DNA of 63,519 nt, filler included, from Nitrospinae bacterium RIFCSPLOWO2_12_FULL_45_22 (GTDB taxonomy: Bacteria; 2-12-FULL-45-22): assembly GCA_001803565.1 (NCBI GenBank). It is 3 parts of 3 records of this genome, joined end to end, with 100 filler letters (N's around TTAATTAATTAA, not from the genome) between each part and the next. Parts side by side here need not be neighbours in the genome. Positions count along the whole stretch, not along the records: positions 30,188 to 48,891 come from MHDQ01000224.1; 2 more parts are not named here. One strand, 5' to 3'. The position numbers were made by a program, and so were the translations under genes. Shown piece by piece: positions 37,804-47,859 of this stretch. Position 1 is the first letter of the stretch; each line of letters starts with the position of its first letter. The notes beneath the pieces were generated by a model. The model ran no database searches. It was not told where the DNA came from and saw only the letters and a program-made list of their open reading frames with translations.

Positions 37804-39396
37804 TTAACCTAATATCTTATCAACCTCTTCTTTATCAAGCTCGGATATATAGGGTATTCCTGATATAGCTGCCGCCTCTTGCGTAAGGGCAACTAGATCA
37901 TCCCGCTTAATATAAGCCGAAGCAAATTTTCTGGCACCACACATAAACTGCTGAAGACCTTGGGCCAGCCTCTGGAAATATGTATACACCCCAATAGCTG
38001 CCGGAGGAATCCTATTGAAATCCTTACCAAACCTCTTTTTTAGCTCTACACTGGTGATGAATATTTCATCTACATCCTTTCCATATTTCTCTAAGGAACT
38101 AGGTATGTTTTCATCGAAAATTAATCTACCCAAGGTTTTCCCCACCATAGCCGCAGCTATAGGGGCTCGGGCCATTCCTACCGCCTTGACAAAAGGTGCC
38201 CCCAGGGCCAAGGCCTTAAATATATGATCTTCTAAGGTAATCCCACCCGCTATCACTATATGAGGGACATATTTCCCTTTATCTGCCAATCTCTGGGCAT
38301 ATTGATAAGCCAGGCACTCGATTGCTACTGTAGGTATACCCCATTCATTCATCATTCTCCAGGGGCTCATTCCGGTCCCCCCACCAGCGCCATCTATTGT
38401 CAAGACATCTATCCTCGCATCGGAGGAATATTTGATGGCCCTCGCCAAATCTACCGGGCGATAAGCCCCGGTCTTCAGGGAGATAAATTTAGCCCCGAGG
38501 CTCCTAAGCTCCTCTACCCTTTTAGAGAAATCCTCTTCATTAACCATTCCGACACGAGAATGCCTCTCAAATTCCTTAAAGGTCCCCTTCTGAAAAGCAT
38601 CTAGCACTTCTGGGTCGTCTGGGTCAGGAAATACTATATAACCACGAGATTTTAGTAGTTGGGCCTTTTTAGGGTCCGAAATTTTTACCTCCCCGCCAAT
38701 AGTCTTTGCCCCCTGCCCCCATTTAAGCTCTACTGCCTCAACTCCAAGCTGCTCTATGGCATACTCTTGCACCCTCATTCTACTATCTTCTACATTGGAT
38801 TGTACTACTATAGCCCCATAACCGTCCTGCCATTCTTGATATTGCCTGACCCTTCTTTCCAGGTCGGGTGATTGGACAACCCTACCATTCTTTATTTTAG
38901 CCTCTTCGTCCATTCCACAGACATTTTCGCCTATAGTCAAAATTATACCAGAAACAGCCGCCCCTATGGCTAGCCCTTCCCAATTTCTCTTAGCCACATC
39001 AGTGGACCCTAATCCTGGGATTAGGATAGGGAGTTTGCATTTAATACCCCTCTTTTGACCGAGGGAGACCTCCAGTTTTACCTTAGGGAAAATAGCCTGG
39101 TCGCTATCAGCCTCTACCCCTTCGGCCCCAACCGTGGTTCCTAGGATATTGAAATGCGAATAATCAATAGGGTAATCCTTCTGTGCCCCAGAAGTGGTTG
39201 GTCCAAAGGGTTGCGGGTAGATTATTTCCGCACCTCGATAAGCAGACCTGCCGATCTCACAGAGGCCTATACACCCCTCTATACAGGTCACGCACATACC
39301 ACTAAAAGGAGAAACCTCTCTGTCGGTCCTTAGTTTTGTCATGGTAGCGGCTGATGAATTTGGCTTAGATAACGTCATTGCTTCCTCCTTTCCCAA
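37804..39396 (-). CDS. FMN-binding glutamate synthase family protein (second FMN subunit)
   Basis: ELKWGQGAK..GGE, DGAGGGTG, KALALGA; N-terminal CVTCIEGCIGLC. Confidence 0.88.
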   Translation of the reverse strand: MGKEEAMTLSKPNSSAATMTKLRTDREVSPFSGMCVTCIEGCIGLCEIGRSAYRGAEIIYPQPFGPTTSGAQKDYPIDYSHFNILGTTVGAEGVEADSDQAIFPKVKLEVSLGQKRGIKCKLPILIPGLGSTDVAKRNWEGLAIGAAVSGIILTIGENVCGMDEEAKIKNGRVVQSPDLERRVRQYQEWQDGYGAIVVQSNVEDSRMRVQEYAIEQLGVEAVELKWGQGAKTIGGEVKISDPKKAQLLKSRGYIVFPDPDDPEVLDAFQKGTFKEFERHSRVGMVNEEDFSKRVEELRSLGAKFISLKTGAYRPVDLARAIKYSSDARIDVLTIDGAGGGTGMSPWRMMNEWGIPTVAIECLAYQYAQRLADKGKYVPHIVIAGGITLEDHIFKALALGAPFVKAVGMARAPIAAAMVGKTLGRLIFDENIPSSLEKYGKDVDEIFITSVELKKRFGKDFNRIPPAAIGVYTYFQRLAQGLQQFMCGARKFASAYIKRDDLVALTQEAAAISGIPYISELDKEEVDKILG

Positions 39397-39434
39397 AGGG
39401 TTTTAATCCCAATTTGGGTGGGAAAACTAAATCT

Positions 39435-40940
39435 TTAACGGCCTGCTGGTTTAATACCCATGATATCTAAGGTTAGGGCATCCAGCCCAATACCCCGCAG
39501 TCTCTCCCTGCTGCCCCGGAGACTCTCAATAGCATTTACCCCTAGAGAACCCAGGATTTCTTTAAGCTCTGAGCTCCAGGCATGTAATAAATTCACCAGG
39601 CGCTGGGCCGCTACTTCAGGGTCAAGTCGTCGGGTCAATTCTGGCCGCTGGGTAGCTATACCCCAGGCACAATTGCCGGTATAGCATTTCTGACACACCC
39701 GGCAGCCCATAGCAATTAGTGCCCCAGTACCAATAGCAACGGCATCTGCACCTAAGGCGATGGCCTTTGCTACATCGGCACTGGACCTTATGCTGCCCGC
39801 AGCTATTATCGAGGCCTGGTTACGGATCCCTTCCTGCCGCAGACGGTCATCTACCGCAGCTAGAGCCAACTCAATCGGTATCCCTACATGGTCCCGGATA
39901 ATAGTAGGTGATGCCCCGGTACCTCCCCGGAAGCCATCCAGGTAGAGAATATCTGCCCCAGCCCGTACTATGCCACTGGCAATAGCGGCTACATTATGTA
40001 CAGCAGCAATCTTTACTGATACAGGTTTATAATCAATAGCCTCTTTAATGGCATAGATAAGCTGCCGCAAATCTTCTATAGAATAGATATCATGATGTGG
40101 TGCCGGAGATAAGGCATCTGTCCCCCGAGGGATCATCCGGGTCTTAGATATCTCTTCCCCAATCTTCTCACCCGGCAAATGGCCACCAATACCGGGCTTA
40201 GCCCCTTGCCCGATCTTGATCTCTACCCCTACACCGGCATTGAGATATTCGGCATGGACCCCGAAGCGACCCGAGGCGCACTGGACAATGATATGATCTT
40301 TGTAGGGATACAAGTCTCGATGGAGGCCACCTTCGCCAGTCTCTAGCACGGTGCCAAATTCTGCGGCAGCTATAGCCATGGCCTTGTGGGCATTGAAACT
40401 CAATGCACCATAAGACATGGGGGCAAAGATAATAGGGGTTTCTATCGCTATCTGGGGAGGCATCTTGGTCTTAAGCCGCAATGTGCCATCTGCCCCGGTG
40501 TCAAATTCTAAGAAATCCGGTTTACTGCCCAGAAAGGTCTTGAGCTCCATAGGTTCTCGCAAGGGGTCAATAGATGGGTTAGTAACCTGGCAGGCATCTA
40601 AGACCAAACAATCCCAGATGATAGGATAAGGCAACTCATTGCCCATACCCGTCAAGAGGACACCGCCCGTCTCGGCCTGTTTCCAGATATTCTTACGCAA
40701 TTGGGGCGACCAGTTATGGCTATATTTGAACCCTAAAGGATTAGCCTCTACGGAGATAGCCCCTTCAGGACAGAAGGTAAGGCAGCGATGGCAGGCCACG
40801 CATTGTTCGTGGAGAGGGGTTACCCGATCTTTAAACTCCAAGGCCCCGAAGCTACAATTTAGTAAACACCGCTTGCAGCGCCGGCACTTTTCGTGATCTA
40901 CTTCTACAATAAATTCTGCTGGGATATAGCTCCGTACCAA
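39435..40940 (-). CDS. Glutamate synthase FMN subunit with N-terminal ferredoxin (GltB2-like)
   Basis: PMSYGALS, TGEGG, QCASGRFG, EIKIGQGAKPGIGGHLPG, SPAPHHDIYSIEDL, 3Fe-4S GCRVCQKCYTGNC. Confidence 0.93.
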   Translation of the reverse strand: MVRSYIPAEFIVEVDHEKCRRCKRCLLNCSFGALEFKDRVTPLHEQCVACHRCLTFCPEGAISVEANPLGFKYSHNWSPQLRKNIWKQAETGGVLLTGMGNELPYPIIWDCLVLDACQVTNPSIDPLREPMELKTFLGSKPDFLEFDTGADGTLRLKTKMPPQIAIETPIIFAPMSYGALSFNAHKAMAIAAAEFGTVLETGEGGLHRDLYPYKDHIIVQCASGRFGVHAEYLNAGVGVEIKIGQGAKPGIGGHLPGEKIGEEISKTRMIPRGTDALSPAPHHDIYSIEDLRQLIYAIKEAIDYKPVSVKIAAVHNVAAIASGIVRAGADILYLDGFRGGTGASPTIIRDHVGIPIELALAAVDDRLRQEGIRNQASIIAAGSIRSSADVAKAIALGADAVAIGTGALIAMGCRVCQKCYTGNCAWGIATQRPELTRRLDPEVAAQRLVNLLHAWSSELKEILGSLGVNAIESLRGSRERLRGIGLDALTLDIMGIKPAGR

Positions 40941-40953
40941 TCTTTCTCGCCTC

Positions 40954-42123
40954 CTACAATCTCAGAGATGCCCCTTCAGAGATAGACGCTAACTCCGCTG
41001 TTATTCCCGTTCCTTCCTCTTCCAGCCAGGCTATAACTGGGTAGCCGGCCCGGGGAGACCATACCCGCTCTGGGTTAGAGCAAATCTCTCTTATAGCCGA
41101 TTCTTCACTAGCCATATAAAGGAGGGGACCCTTTTCAGCCGCAACTAATGGCCTTAATTTAATCCTATCATTGAGACCTACCAATCCTTTACTATGGGCA
41201 AAGAGGATAGCAAACGGGCCATTAACCAGGGCACTACCATACACCATCCGCAGGCTCTTAAGGGCCATCTTCTCCTCCTCGGGTAATCGCTCGATATCCT
41301 TCCAAAAAGGTGCTGCCAGGGCCATACATGCTGTTTCTATTGATAGATGGTGCTTCCTTATAAGTAAATCAAAGAGATAGGCCATGACCTCGGTATCGGT
41401 CATTAATGTACAGCGGTAGCCAAACATCTCTAGATATCTTTTATTAATACCATAGGAAGATATTTCACCATTATGGACAATAGACCAGTCCAGCAGAGTG
41501 AAGGGATGAGCCCCGCCCCACCAGCCCGGGGTATTAGTAGGAAACCGATTATGCCCGGTCCAGATATAGGCTTCATATTCATTAATCCCGTAAAACTCGG
41601 CAATATCCTTCGGAAAACCAACCCCTTTGAAGGCCCCCATATTCTTCCCGCTAGAAAATACATAGGCACCATTCTCTTCCACGTTTATCTTCATTACTGT
41701 CCGAACCACAAAGTCATCATCGGAGAGCTCGGCCACTTCCCTATCAGGCCGGTCCTTTTTCGGCCTAACAAAATAGCGCCGCAGCCGGGGGTGAAAGACA
41801 ATCGAGCTCACATGATAATGAGGTATCCGCTCTATCTTGGCAACTTCATAATTCTCTCTAATAAATCTTTCCACGCCTTCTATATCAGCCCTTTCGCCAT
41901 ACATGATATGGAAGGCATAGTAGTCCTTATATTCCGGATAGATACCATAGGCAGCAAAACCTGACCCTAGCCCATTACCCCGGTCATTCATCAGATTTAT
42001 AGATTTGACTATCTCTGAACCTGGAATAAGCTTTCTCTGGCGATGGATTATCCCCGCAAGGCCACAACCACTAATGTCTTTTTGATAGTTATAATCTGGT
42101 CTCGGATTATTTTTTAGCCACAA
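40954..42123 (-). CDS. Class II glutamine amidotransferase subunit (GltB1-like)
   Basis: SGCG nucleophile region, DRGNGLG, HNRFPTN, HPF, VHNGEI, TDTEV, DRIKLRP. Confidence 0.92.
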   Translation of the reverse strand: MWLKNNPRPDYNYQKDISGCGLAGIIHRQRKLIPGSEIVKSINLMNDRGNGLGSGFAAYGIYPEYKDYYAFHIMYGERADIEGVERFIRENYEVAKIERIPHYHVSSIVFHPRLRRYFVRPKKDRPDREVAELSDDDFVVRTVMKINVEENGAYVFSSGKNMGAFKGVGFPKDIAEFYGINEYEAYIWTGHNRFPTNTPGWWGGAHPFTLLDWSIVHNGEISSYGINKRYLEMFGYRCTLMTDTEVMAYLFDLLIRKHHLSIETACMALAAPFWKDIERLPEEEKMALKSLRMVYGSALVNGPFAILFAHSKGLVGLNDRIKLRPLVAAEKGPLLYMASEESAIREICSNPERVWSPRAGYPVIAWLEEEGTGITAELASISEGASLRL

Positions 42124-43429
42124 TCTTTTTCCACTCCTTTACCCCACTTGCTGGTGGTTCTGGTAGATTTAGTTTTTTCCGCTGGGTCTTTTGTGGTTCG
42201 CCTAGCTTACCACTCTTCTCAAAAGTCTCGATGGCCTGCTTGACCGTAGCGGGTATTAAACCCTTAGTCATAGCCATACCTTTCAAGGTAGTGAAGACGG
42301 TTTCCATACCGTATCTTTGGGGGCATAGCTCATAGCAGGTATGACACTCCAGACAGTGCCATATATCCTGCCGGTTTAAGAGTTCTTCTACCTTTCCTTC
42401 TAGTATCTTTTCCATGATTTGATCGGGCTGGAAATCAGGAAAATTCAAGCAACCAGGGCAATCATCCAGGCAGGCCCGGCATTGATAACAACGCTCCAGG
42501 GACTCTAAATCAAACCCCTCCTCAATCTTCTTTATTCTTTCCGACTGAGCATGGCGGCGCTCGTAAAAAGGTTGTGTATCTATCCTATGGAAGGCAAGGC
42601 CGATCTCATCCGGCATGATACCGTATGCCAGGCAGACCAGCTCGGGATAAAAGAATATTGGTATAGCCATATCCTCGCCCTGGCGTTGCATCATGTACTG
42701 CTTATTATCGAATTGCATAAAGCAGGCAGGGCACATAACCACGAGAGCATCTATATCCAGGCTTTTTATCTCCAGGAGTTTTTCCCGGGCCATAATTAAT
42801 GCCTCTTCCATACTGCCAACATTGCTATACTCACCACCGCAGCATTGCATCTTCCTGGGATATTCGATACTCCTCGCCCCCAGCGCTGTTACCAGGGCAT
42901 CGAACTTTTGCGGCAAGAGGGGGTCGTCAAACTGGATGGCATAGCTGGGCCGGATCATGTGGCAGCCATAATGTACCGCTATCTGCATCCCTGATAAAGG
43001 CTCAATGATACCTTCCTTTAGTTTAGCCAGGCCTATCTTGTCATGAAGATATTCTGCCAGGTGCATTACCGTAATCCGGCCTTGATACTCTAACCCATAG
43101 GTTTCCAATTTCCGATTTATTTCATCCTTAAGAGAAAGATTTAAAATTAGAGATGTCTTTACCGTCTTCAAGGTGCTATAGCAGCCATTACAAGGCTCAA
43201 TGAGCACTTCTACTCCAGCATCTTCGGCTACAGCCAGGTTCCTGGCTGCAGTCAGGTACCATACCTTTGGGTCCAGGTTTTTGACCAGGGCCTTTTCCGG
43301 GCAGCAAGTAAACCCTGGAATATCTTCTACTTTAATGCCCAGTTGCTTCATGAGGAGCCGGACTGACTTCTCCATAAAGGGGAATCGAGCCGGTATTTGA
43401 CAACCCCAGAAAAAAGTCACTGATTCCAT
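42107..43429 (-). CDS. Heterodisulfide reductase-like HdrB-HdrC fusion
   Basis: Two CCG domains (FTCCP..PCNGC; HYGCH..CCGG..CPAC) followed by 2x[4Fe-4S] CYQCRACLDDCP / CLECHTCYELCP. Confidence 0.9.
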   Translation of the reverse strand: MESVTFFWGCQIPARFPFMEKSVRLLMKQLGIKVEDIPGFTCCPEKALVKNLDPKVWYLTAARNLAVAEDAGVEVLIEPCNGCYSTLKTVKTSLILNLSLKDEINRKLETYGLEYQGRITVMHLAEYLHDKIGLAKLKEGIIEPLSGMQIAVHYGCHMIRPSYAIQFDDPLLPQKFDALVTALGARSIEYPRKMQCCGGEYSNVGSMEEALIMAREKLLEIKSLDIDALVVMCPACFMQFDNKQYMMQRQGEDMAIPIFFYPELVCLAYGIMPDEIGLAFHRIDTQPFYERRHAQSERIKKIEEGFDLESLERCYQCRACLDDCPGCLNFPDFQPDQIMEKILEGKVEELLNRQDIWHCLECHTCYELCPQRYGMETVFTTLKGMAMTKGLIPATVKQAIETFEKSGKLGEPQKTQRKKLNLPEPPASGVKEWKKIVAKK

Positions 43430-43469
43430 AATGCGTTATTTATATTCGTGATATAATTAAGTAGTATTT

Positions 43470-43604
43470 AGGACGCAGATTCACGCAGATAACTCTTTTT
43501 ATGAGTTGTGTGTTGCAGAGTTTAGTCCATAATCTGCTACGCATGATCCATAACTCGATAGCAGAGGAATTTATAATCTTAAAAATCTGCCGTCATCTGC
43601 GTCC
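43470..43604. repeat. Nested palindromic repeat in the 5' leader of the hdrBC operon
   Basis: GGACGCAGATTCACGCAGAT...ATCTGCCGTCATCTGCGTCC enclosing a GAGTTG..TAACTC palindrome. Confidence 0.8.
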
Positions 43605-43681
43605 AAAAAGGAAATTGCTATGCTATTAAATTACACTTTGCTTTGTTCCGTAGGAATTTGGCAACAGAGCCCAAACTTTCA

Positions 43682-43709
43682 ATTATATTAATCAAAACCT
43701 GATTGTCAA
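43682..43709 (-). promoter_or_regulatory. Consensus sigma70 promoter for hdrBC-glt-metVF operon
   Basis: Minus strand TTGACA-N16-TATAAT; overlapping palindrome AATCA-N5-TGATT. Confidence 0.75.
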
Positions 43710-43755
43710 CTGCTTTCTGCCAAATTTGTTGAAGGGAACAAAAATTTTTTATGTT

Positions 43756-44211
43756 ATGACTCAGAAGACGGTTTGTCAAAATCGGAAGGCCTGGCATGAC
43801 TATGAGGTACAGGACACTTACGAAGCAGGGCTGGTGTTGCAGGGCAGCGAAGTAAAGTCCCTTCGTGAGGGTTGGGGGAACCTGAGAGATAGCTATGCTA
43901 GACTAAAGGGTGGTGAAGTCTATCTGTATAATTTCCATATCAGCCCCTATCCCCAGGCCGGTCAATTCAACCATGATCCCCTACGGCCCCGAAAGCTCTT
44001 GCTACACAAACGAGAGATCAAGAAACTTGTGGGAAAAACCACTGAGAAAGGTCTTACGCTAGTACCTTTAAGGGTATATTTTTCTCGGGGTCTGGCTAAG
44101 GTAGAGCTGGCCTTAGCCAAGGGTAAAAAAGTTTATGATAAGCGTGAAGAACTAAAACGCCGTTCAGCCAAAATGGAGTTAGAAAGAAGTCTCCGGGAAA
44201 AGCAAAAATAG
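43756..44211 (+). CDS. smpB: SsrA-binding protein
   Basis: [42 protein letters not shown]. Confidence 0.98.
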   Translation: MTQKTVCQNRKAWHDYEVQDTYEAGLVLQGSEVKSLREGWGNLRDSYARLKGGEVYLYNFHISPYPQAGQFNHDPLRPRKLLLHKREIKKLVGKTTEKGLTLVPLRVYFSRGLAKVELALAKGKKVYDKREELKRRSAKMELERSLREKQK

Positions 44212-44212
44212 T

Positions 44213-44241
44213 TTGCTAAACAAAGGAAAGAGTGTTAAACT
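44213..44241 (+). promoter_or_regulatory. tmRNA promoter
   Basis: TTGCTA-N17-TAAACT with TG extension. Confidence 0.6.
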
Positions 44242-44260
44242 ATTATTTAGTCTGCATTCT

Positions 44261-44625
44261 GGGGGCGAAATGGGTTCGACGGGGATAGTTGAGGCTGAGG
44301 TGGCATGCCGAGGTCCCGTTAGCTCGTAAAACAAATGGGAAATAAAATAAACGCAAACTCTTATGAGTATGCCTTAGCTGCTTAATCGCAGCTAACGTCC
44401 TCTCAACTCTCGCCCGTGGGGTTGAGAAGGGCGCCGACTAGCGGGCCTGGTTCCTTTCTTTTTGCCTGGAGGAGAAAGGGATAAGAACTAATCCGGGCTA
44501 GCACCTTAAATCCATCCCTGTCTGTGGGGATCGGAGGGTGTGAAGAGCTTAAACACAGAATAAGCATGTAGAGGCCTCGAGCCAAAGGTTTCCGGACGCG
44601 GGTTCGATTCCCGCCGCCTCCACCA
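44261..44625 (+). ncRNA. ssrA: tmRNA, tag peptide (A)ANSYEYALAA
   Basis: GGGGGCG...GGTTCGAC 5' end, GGTTCGATTCCCGCCGCCTCCACCA 3' end, tag ORF 44353-44385, downstream of smpB. Confidence 0.97.
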
Positions 44626-44667
44626 ACAAATCATAAGTTCAGATACCAACATTCAAAGCCCAAACAG

Positions 44668-44764
44668 TAACTGTTTCAGCCACGAAGGAGCACTAAAAAA
44701 AGAATAAGAGAAGCGGTATATTCTAACTTCTCCATGTCTCTGTGCCTCTGTGGTGAACGATTAC
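44668..44764. repeat. Palindromic intergenic repeat (GTAAC..TTCAGCCAC family)
   Basis: GTAACTGTTTCAGCCAC...GTGGTGAACGATTAC arms. Confidence 0.65.
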
Positions 44765-45432
44765 ATAGTGGGTATACGGGTCAATTCCCCGGTCAAAGTA
44801 TCTAGCAGATAATATTCTTGCTTGAATTCGGCCAGGGAGATGACCCGTACCTCATGGTTATAAATTATTTCCTTATAGAGATGGGTATGACCACAAAACA
44901 TAAACTGTGGCTCTATCTCATCTAATAACCACCGCAAGGGCTTATCACCCATATCCTGCCCTCGCCACTCAAAACCCAAGCCCCAGGGGCAGCCGTGAGC
45001 CAGAAAAATATCCAGCCCTTTCAAGCCACGACAGGCCTCCAGGTCTTCTTTTACAAAGTATCCCTTCTGCCATTCTTCCGTGAGCTGATCCTTGAGGAGG
45101 GGGTAGAGAAAAGGGTCATAAGCCCCATTGAGGCCCGACAGCCTTATCATCTCGCTCCCTTTCTGAAAAGTGAGGATCTCGCCGGTCTTAATAGGGATGA
45201 GGTTATTCAGGCTACCCTCTCCTCTTTCGATTTTCTGGATCACTGCCACAGAATCATTATTTCCATAGATCCAATGTATAGGTTGAGCATGGGAGGTGTA
45301 ATAACACATATCCCCTACCTGGAGGATAATGTCTACTTCGAGGGAGCCAACTACCTCATGAAAGACCTGGATAGCAGAAGAGCGGCCATGCTCGAAAAAA
45401 CCGTGAATATCACCAAATAGGGCGATTATCAT
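44761..45432 (-). CDS. Calcineurin-like metallophosphoesterase
   Basis: GDIHG, QVGD, GNND, AHG, GHTH motifs. Confidence 0.9.
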   Translation of the reverse strand: MIIALFGDIHGFFEHGRSSAIQVFHEVVGSLEVDIILQVGDMCYYTSHAQPIHWIYGNNDSVAVIQKIERGEGSLNNLIPIKTGEILTFQKGSEMIRLSGLNGAYDPFLYPLLKDQLTEEWQKGYFVKEDLEACRGLKGLDIFLAHGCPWGLGFEWRGQDMGDKPLRWLLDEIEPQFMFCGHTHLYKEIIYNHEVRVISLAEFKQEYYLLDTLTGELTRIPTM

Positions 45433-47837
45433 ATTGCTCCGGCAGCCTTAAGTTCTTGGACTTTAGCAACACTTAAGCCTACTAATGCCTGCAGGATTTC
45501 CTCGTTATCCTGGCCCAACCCCGGACCCAACCTCCTTATGCAGCCGGGGCTCAGGGAGAACCTGGGTACAATACCTTGCATCTTGACCTTCCCCAGCACG
45601 GGGTCTTCTACCTCTACTATGCTGCCCCGGGCCTGGTAATGGGGGTCTTCAAAGGCATCCTTTACACTATAGACTAAGCTGGCTGGGACCTGGTTTTGCC
45701 ACAATAACTGGATTAAGTCTTTGGTAGTATAGTTACTAAAGATAGAGATTATTATCTCATTCAGGGCTTTGCAATTTGCTACCCGGTGGACGATAGTGGT
45801 GAATCTAGGGTCCTGGGCTAGCTCCTTCCTGCCCACGGCTTCTGCAAACCGGGCAAAGTCTCTATCCTCTACCAGGAGCATAGCTATCCAACCACCATCA
45901 CCTACCGGGAAGACCACCTGGATACCGGCATTGCCAGTTATATTAAGTACCGGGCCTAGTCGCTCCTTTACCAGTCCGAGTTTATGGTAAGCGGGGATGT
46001 TATCATGGGCGAAGCGTAAAAATGGGCTATACATAGCCAGGTCTATCCATTGGCCTTCACCTTTATGGTCCCGATGATACAGGGCGGCCAGGATAGCAAT
46101 AGCGCCAAATATCCCGGTAATATAAGCCCCGATAGAGACGCTAGGTTTGGAAGGAGGGCCATCCGGTGAGCCAGTAAGGGCCTGGAAACCACCTATAGCT
46201 GCTGCTGTAGGCTCATAGGCCAGCCGGTGGGCATAAGGGCCTTCCTGACCAAAACCGGTTACCCGGAGCAAGATTATCTTCGAGTTAGCTTTCACCAACT
46301 CATCATAACCTAAGCCCCACTTTTCTAAGGTACCGGGCCGAAAACCATCCACCACTACATCTGACACGGCTACCAGCTTTTTAAAGACCTCCTGGGCTTC
46401 AGGGTATCTCAGGTTAAGGGTAATGGAGCACTTATTCCTGGCATCTACCGCCCACCATAAGGAGGTGCCATTATAAAACGGTGGCAGGTGCCTCACGATA
46501 TCCCCTACACCTGGATCTTCAACTTTTATTACCTCACTGCCAAAGTCTGCCAGGAGCGTACAGCTAAAGCCACCGGCTAAGCCCTGTCCTAACTCTATTA
46601 TCCTTAGTCCTCCTAGCGGAGGGTTGGCTTGAACGGTGCTGGTCGCTTTGATAGAGCCCGGGACAGCTTTGGGCTTCAGCTCAGCAAGGAGGGAATTATG
46701 CTCCCCGAGCTTTGGACCTCCATCCCTTATCCGGCCCGGGGTCTTAGAGAACCTGGAGGCTACCTCTGGTACCATAACTCTTCCTAACTCGCAATCTTCA
46801 ATCTCGATCAGGTCTTGTCTGGCCTTTATATGTGGATCATCAAAGATATCCTTGATATTGTATACCGGAGAGAAGGGGATATTGACCTTTTCCAGGATGG
46901 GGATAATCTCATGAGCCCGATAAGATTTTACCCAGCCTTCTACTATCCCGTTTATTGCTTCACTGTTTTCTGCCCTGGTCCGTATATTTTTAAACCGTGG
47001 GTCAGCTTGTAAGTCCTTGGATCCGATATCTTTAGCCATAACTCTGGCTAATTTAGCAAAATTTTTGTCATCCCCGGCTGAGATGGTTATCCACTTACCA
47101 TCTCTGGTTCGATAAGTATCAGAGGGGGCAAAGCTGGGGTGACGGTTACCACTCCGCTGCCTTACGGTCCCTAGCTTATCATAAGCTGCTACAGAAAATT
47201 CCATGAAACGGAAGAACCCTTCATATTGGGCTATATCAGCACATTGACCCTGGCCGGTCTTCCTCCGGTAATACTCGGCAATGAGGGCTGCCAGGGCATT
47301 GAAGGCCCCTGAGGTATAATCACAGTAGGCCATTCCGATGGGCAATGGTGGACCATCCGGGGAGCCAGTCAGATGGATCATCCCACCCATAGCCGACCCA
47401 ATAGCATCATAAGAGGTCCGCCGACTATATGGCCCCTCCTGGCCAAAGCCACTTACCCGGACAAAAATAACCTTCTCATTGACCTTCTTCATATCTTCGT
47501 AACCCAGATTCCAGCGCTCAAAGGTCCCGGGCCGATAATTTTCTGAAACAATATCATATTCTTTGAGCAACTCTTTTATTATCCTCTGCCCTTCCTCAGT
47601 CCGCATATCTAATGCAATAGATTTTTTATTCCGCATATCTATGGGTTTCCATAAAGATACCCCCTGATGTAAGGGTGGGATACGCCGGATCAGAGTACCC
47701 ATTTCCGGCATCTCTACCTTGATCACCTCTGCCCCTAGCTCAGCCAGCAGAGTTGGTCCCACTGGCCCGGCAGCCGCTACGCCTAGATCTAATACCTTCA
47801 ATCCTTGCAATGGCCCCTGACATTCTTTCATCTCCAT
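45429..47837 (-). CDS. Tandem two-domain family III CoA-transferase (CaiB/BaiF)
   Basis: Two copies of L.GL.V.(D/E)L..GP/..LA(E/D).G.EVIKVE..RNK.SI.L..RPG motifs. Confidence 0.93.
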   Translation of the reverse strand: MEMKECQGPLQGLKVLDLGVAAAGPVGPTLLAELGAEVIKVEMPEMGTLIRRIPPLHQGVSLWKPIDMRNKKSIALDMRTEEGQRIIKELLKEYDIVSENYRPGTFERWNLGYEDMKKVNEKVIFVRVSGFGQEGPYSRRTSYDAIGSAMGGMIHLTGSPDGPPLPIGMAYCDYTSGAFNALAALIAEYYRRKTGQGQCADIAQYEGFFRFMEFSVAAYDKLGTVRQRSGNRHPSFAPSDTYRTRDGKWITISAGDDKNFAKLARVMAKDIGSKDLQADPRFKNIRTRAENSEAINGIVEGWVKSYRAHEIIPILEKVNIPFSPVYNIKDIFDDPHIKARQDLIEIEDCELGRVMVPEVASRFSKTPGRIRDGGPKLGEHNSLLAELKPKAVPGSIKATSTVQANPPLGGLRIIELGQGLAGGFSCTLLADFGSEVIKVEDPGVGDIVRHLPPFYNGTSLWWAVDARNKCSITLNLRYPEAQEVFKKLVAVSDVVVDGFRPGTLEKWGLGYDELVKANSKIILLRVTGFGQEGPYAHRLAYEPTAAAIGGFQALTGSPDGPPSKPSVSIGAYITGIFGAIAILAALYHRDHKGEGQWIDLAMYSPFLRFAHDNIPAYHKLGLVKERLGPVLNITGNAGIQVVFPVGDGGWIAMLLVEDRDFARFAEAVGRKELAQDPRFTTIVHRVANCKALNEIIISIFSNYTTKDLIQLLWQNQVPASLVYSVKDAFEDPHYQARGSIVEVEDPVLGKVKMQGIVPRFSLSPGCIRRLGPGLGQDNEEILQALVGLSVAKVQELKAAGAI

Positions 47838-47859
47838 ACCTCCTACCCAAGTTGTTAAA

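Noticed and set aside
44403-44585. 60-aa minus-strand ORF
   Set aside because: Antisense to tmRNA
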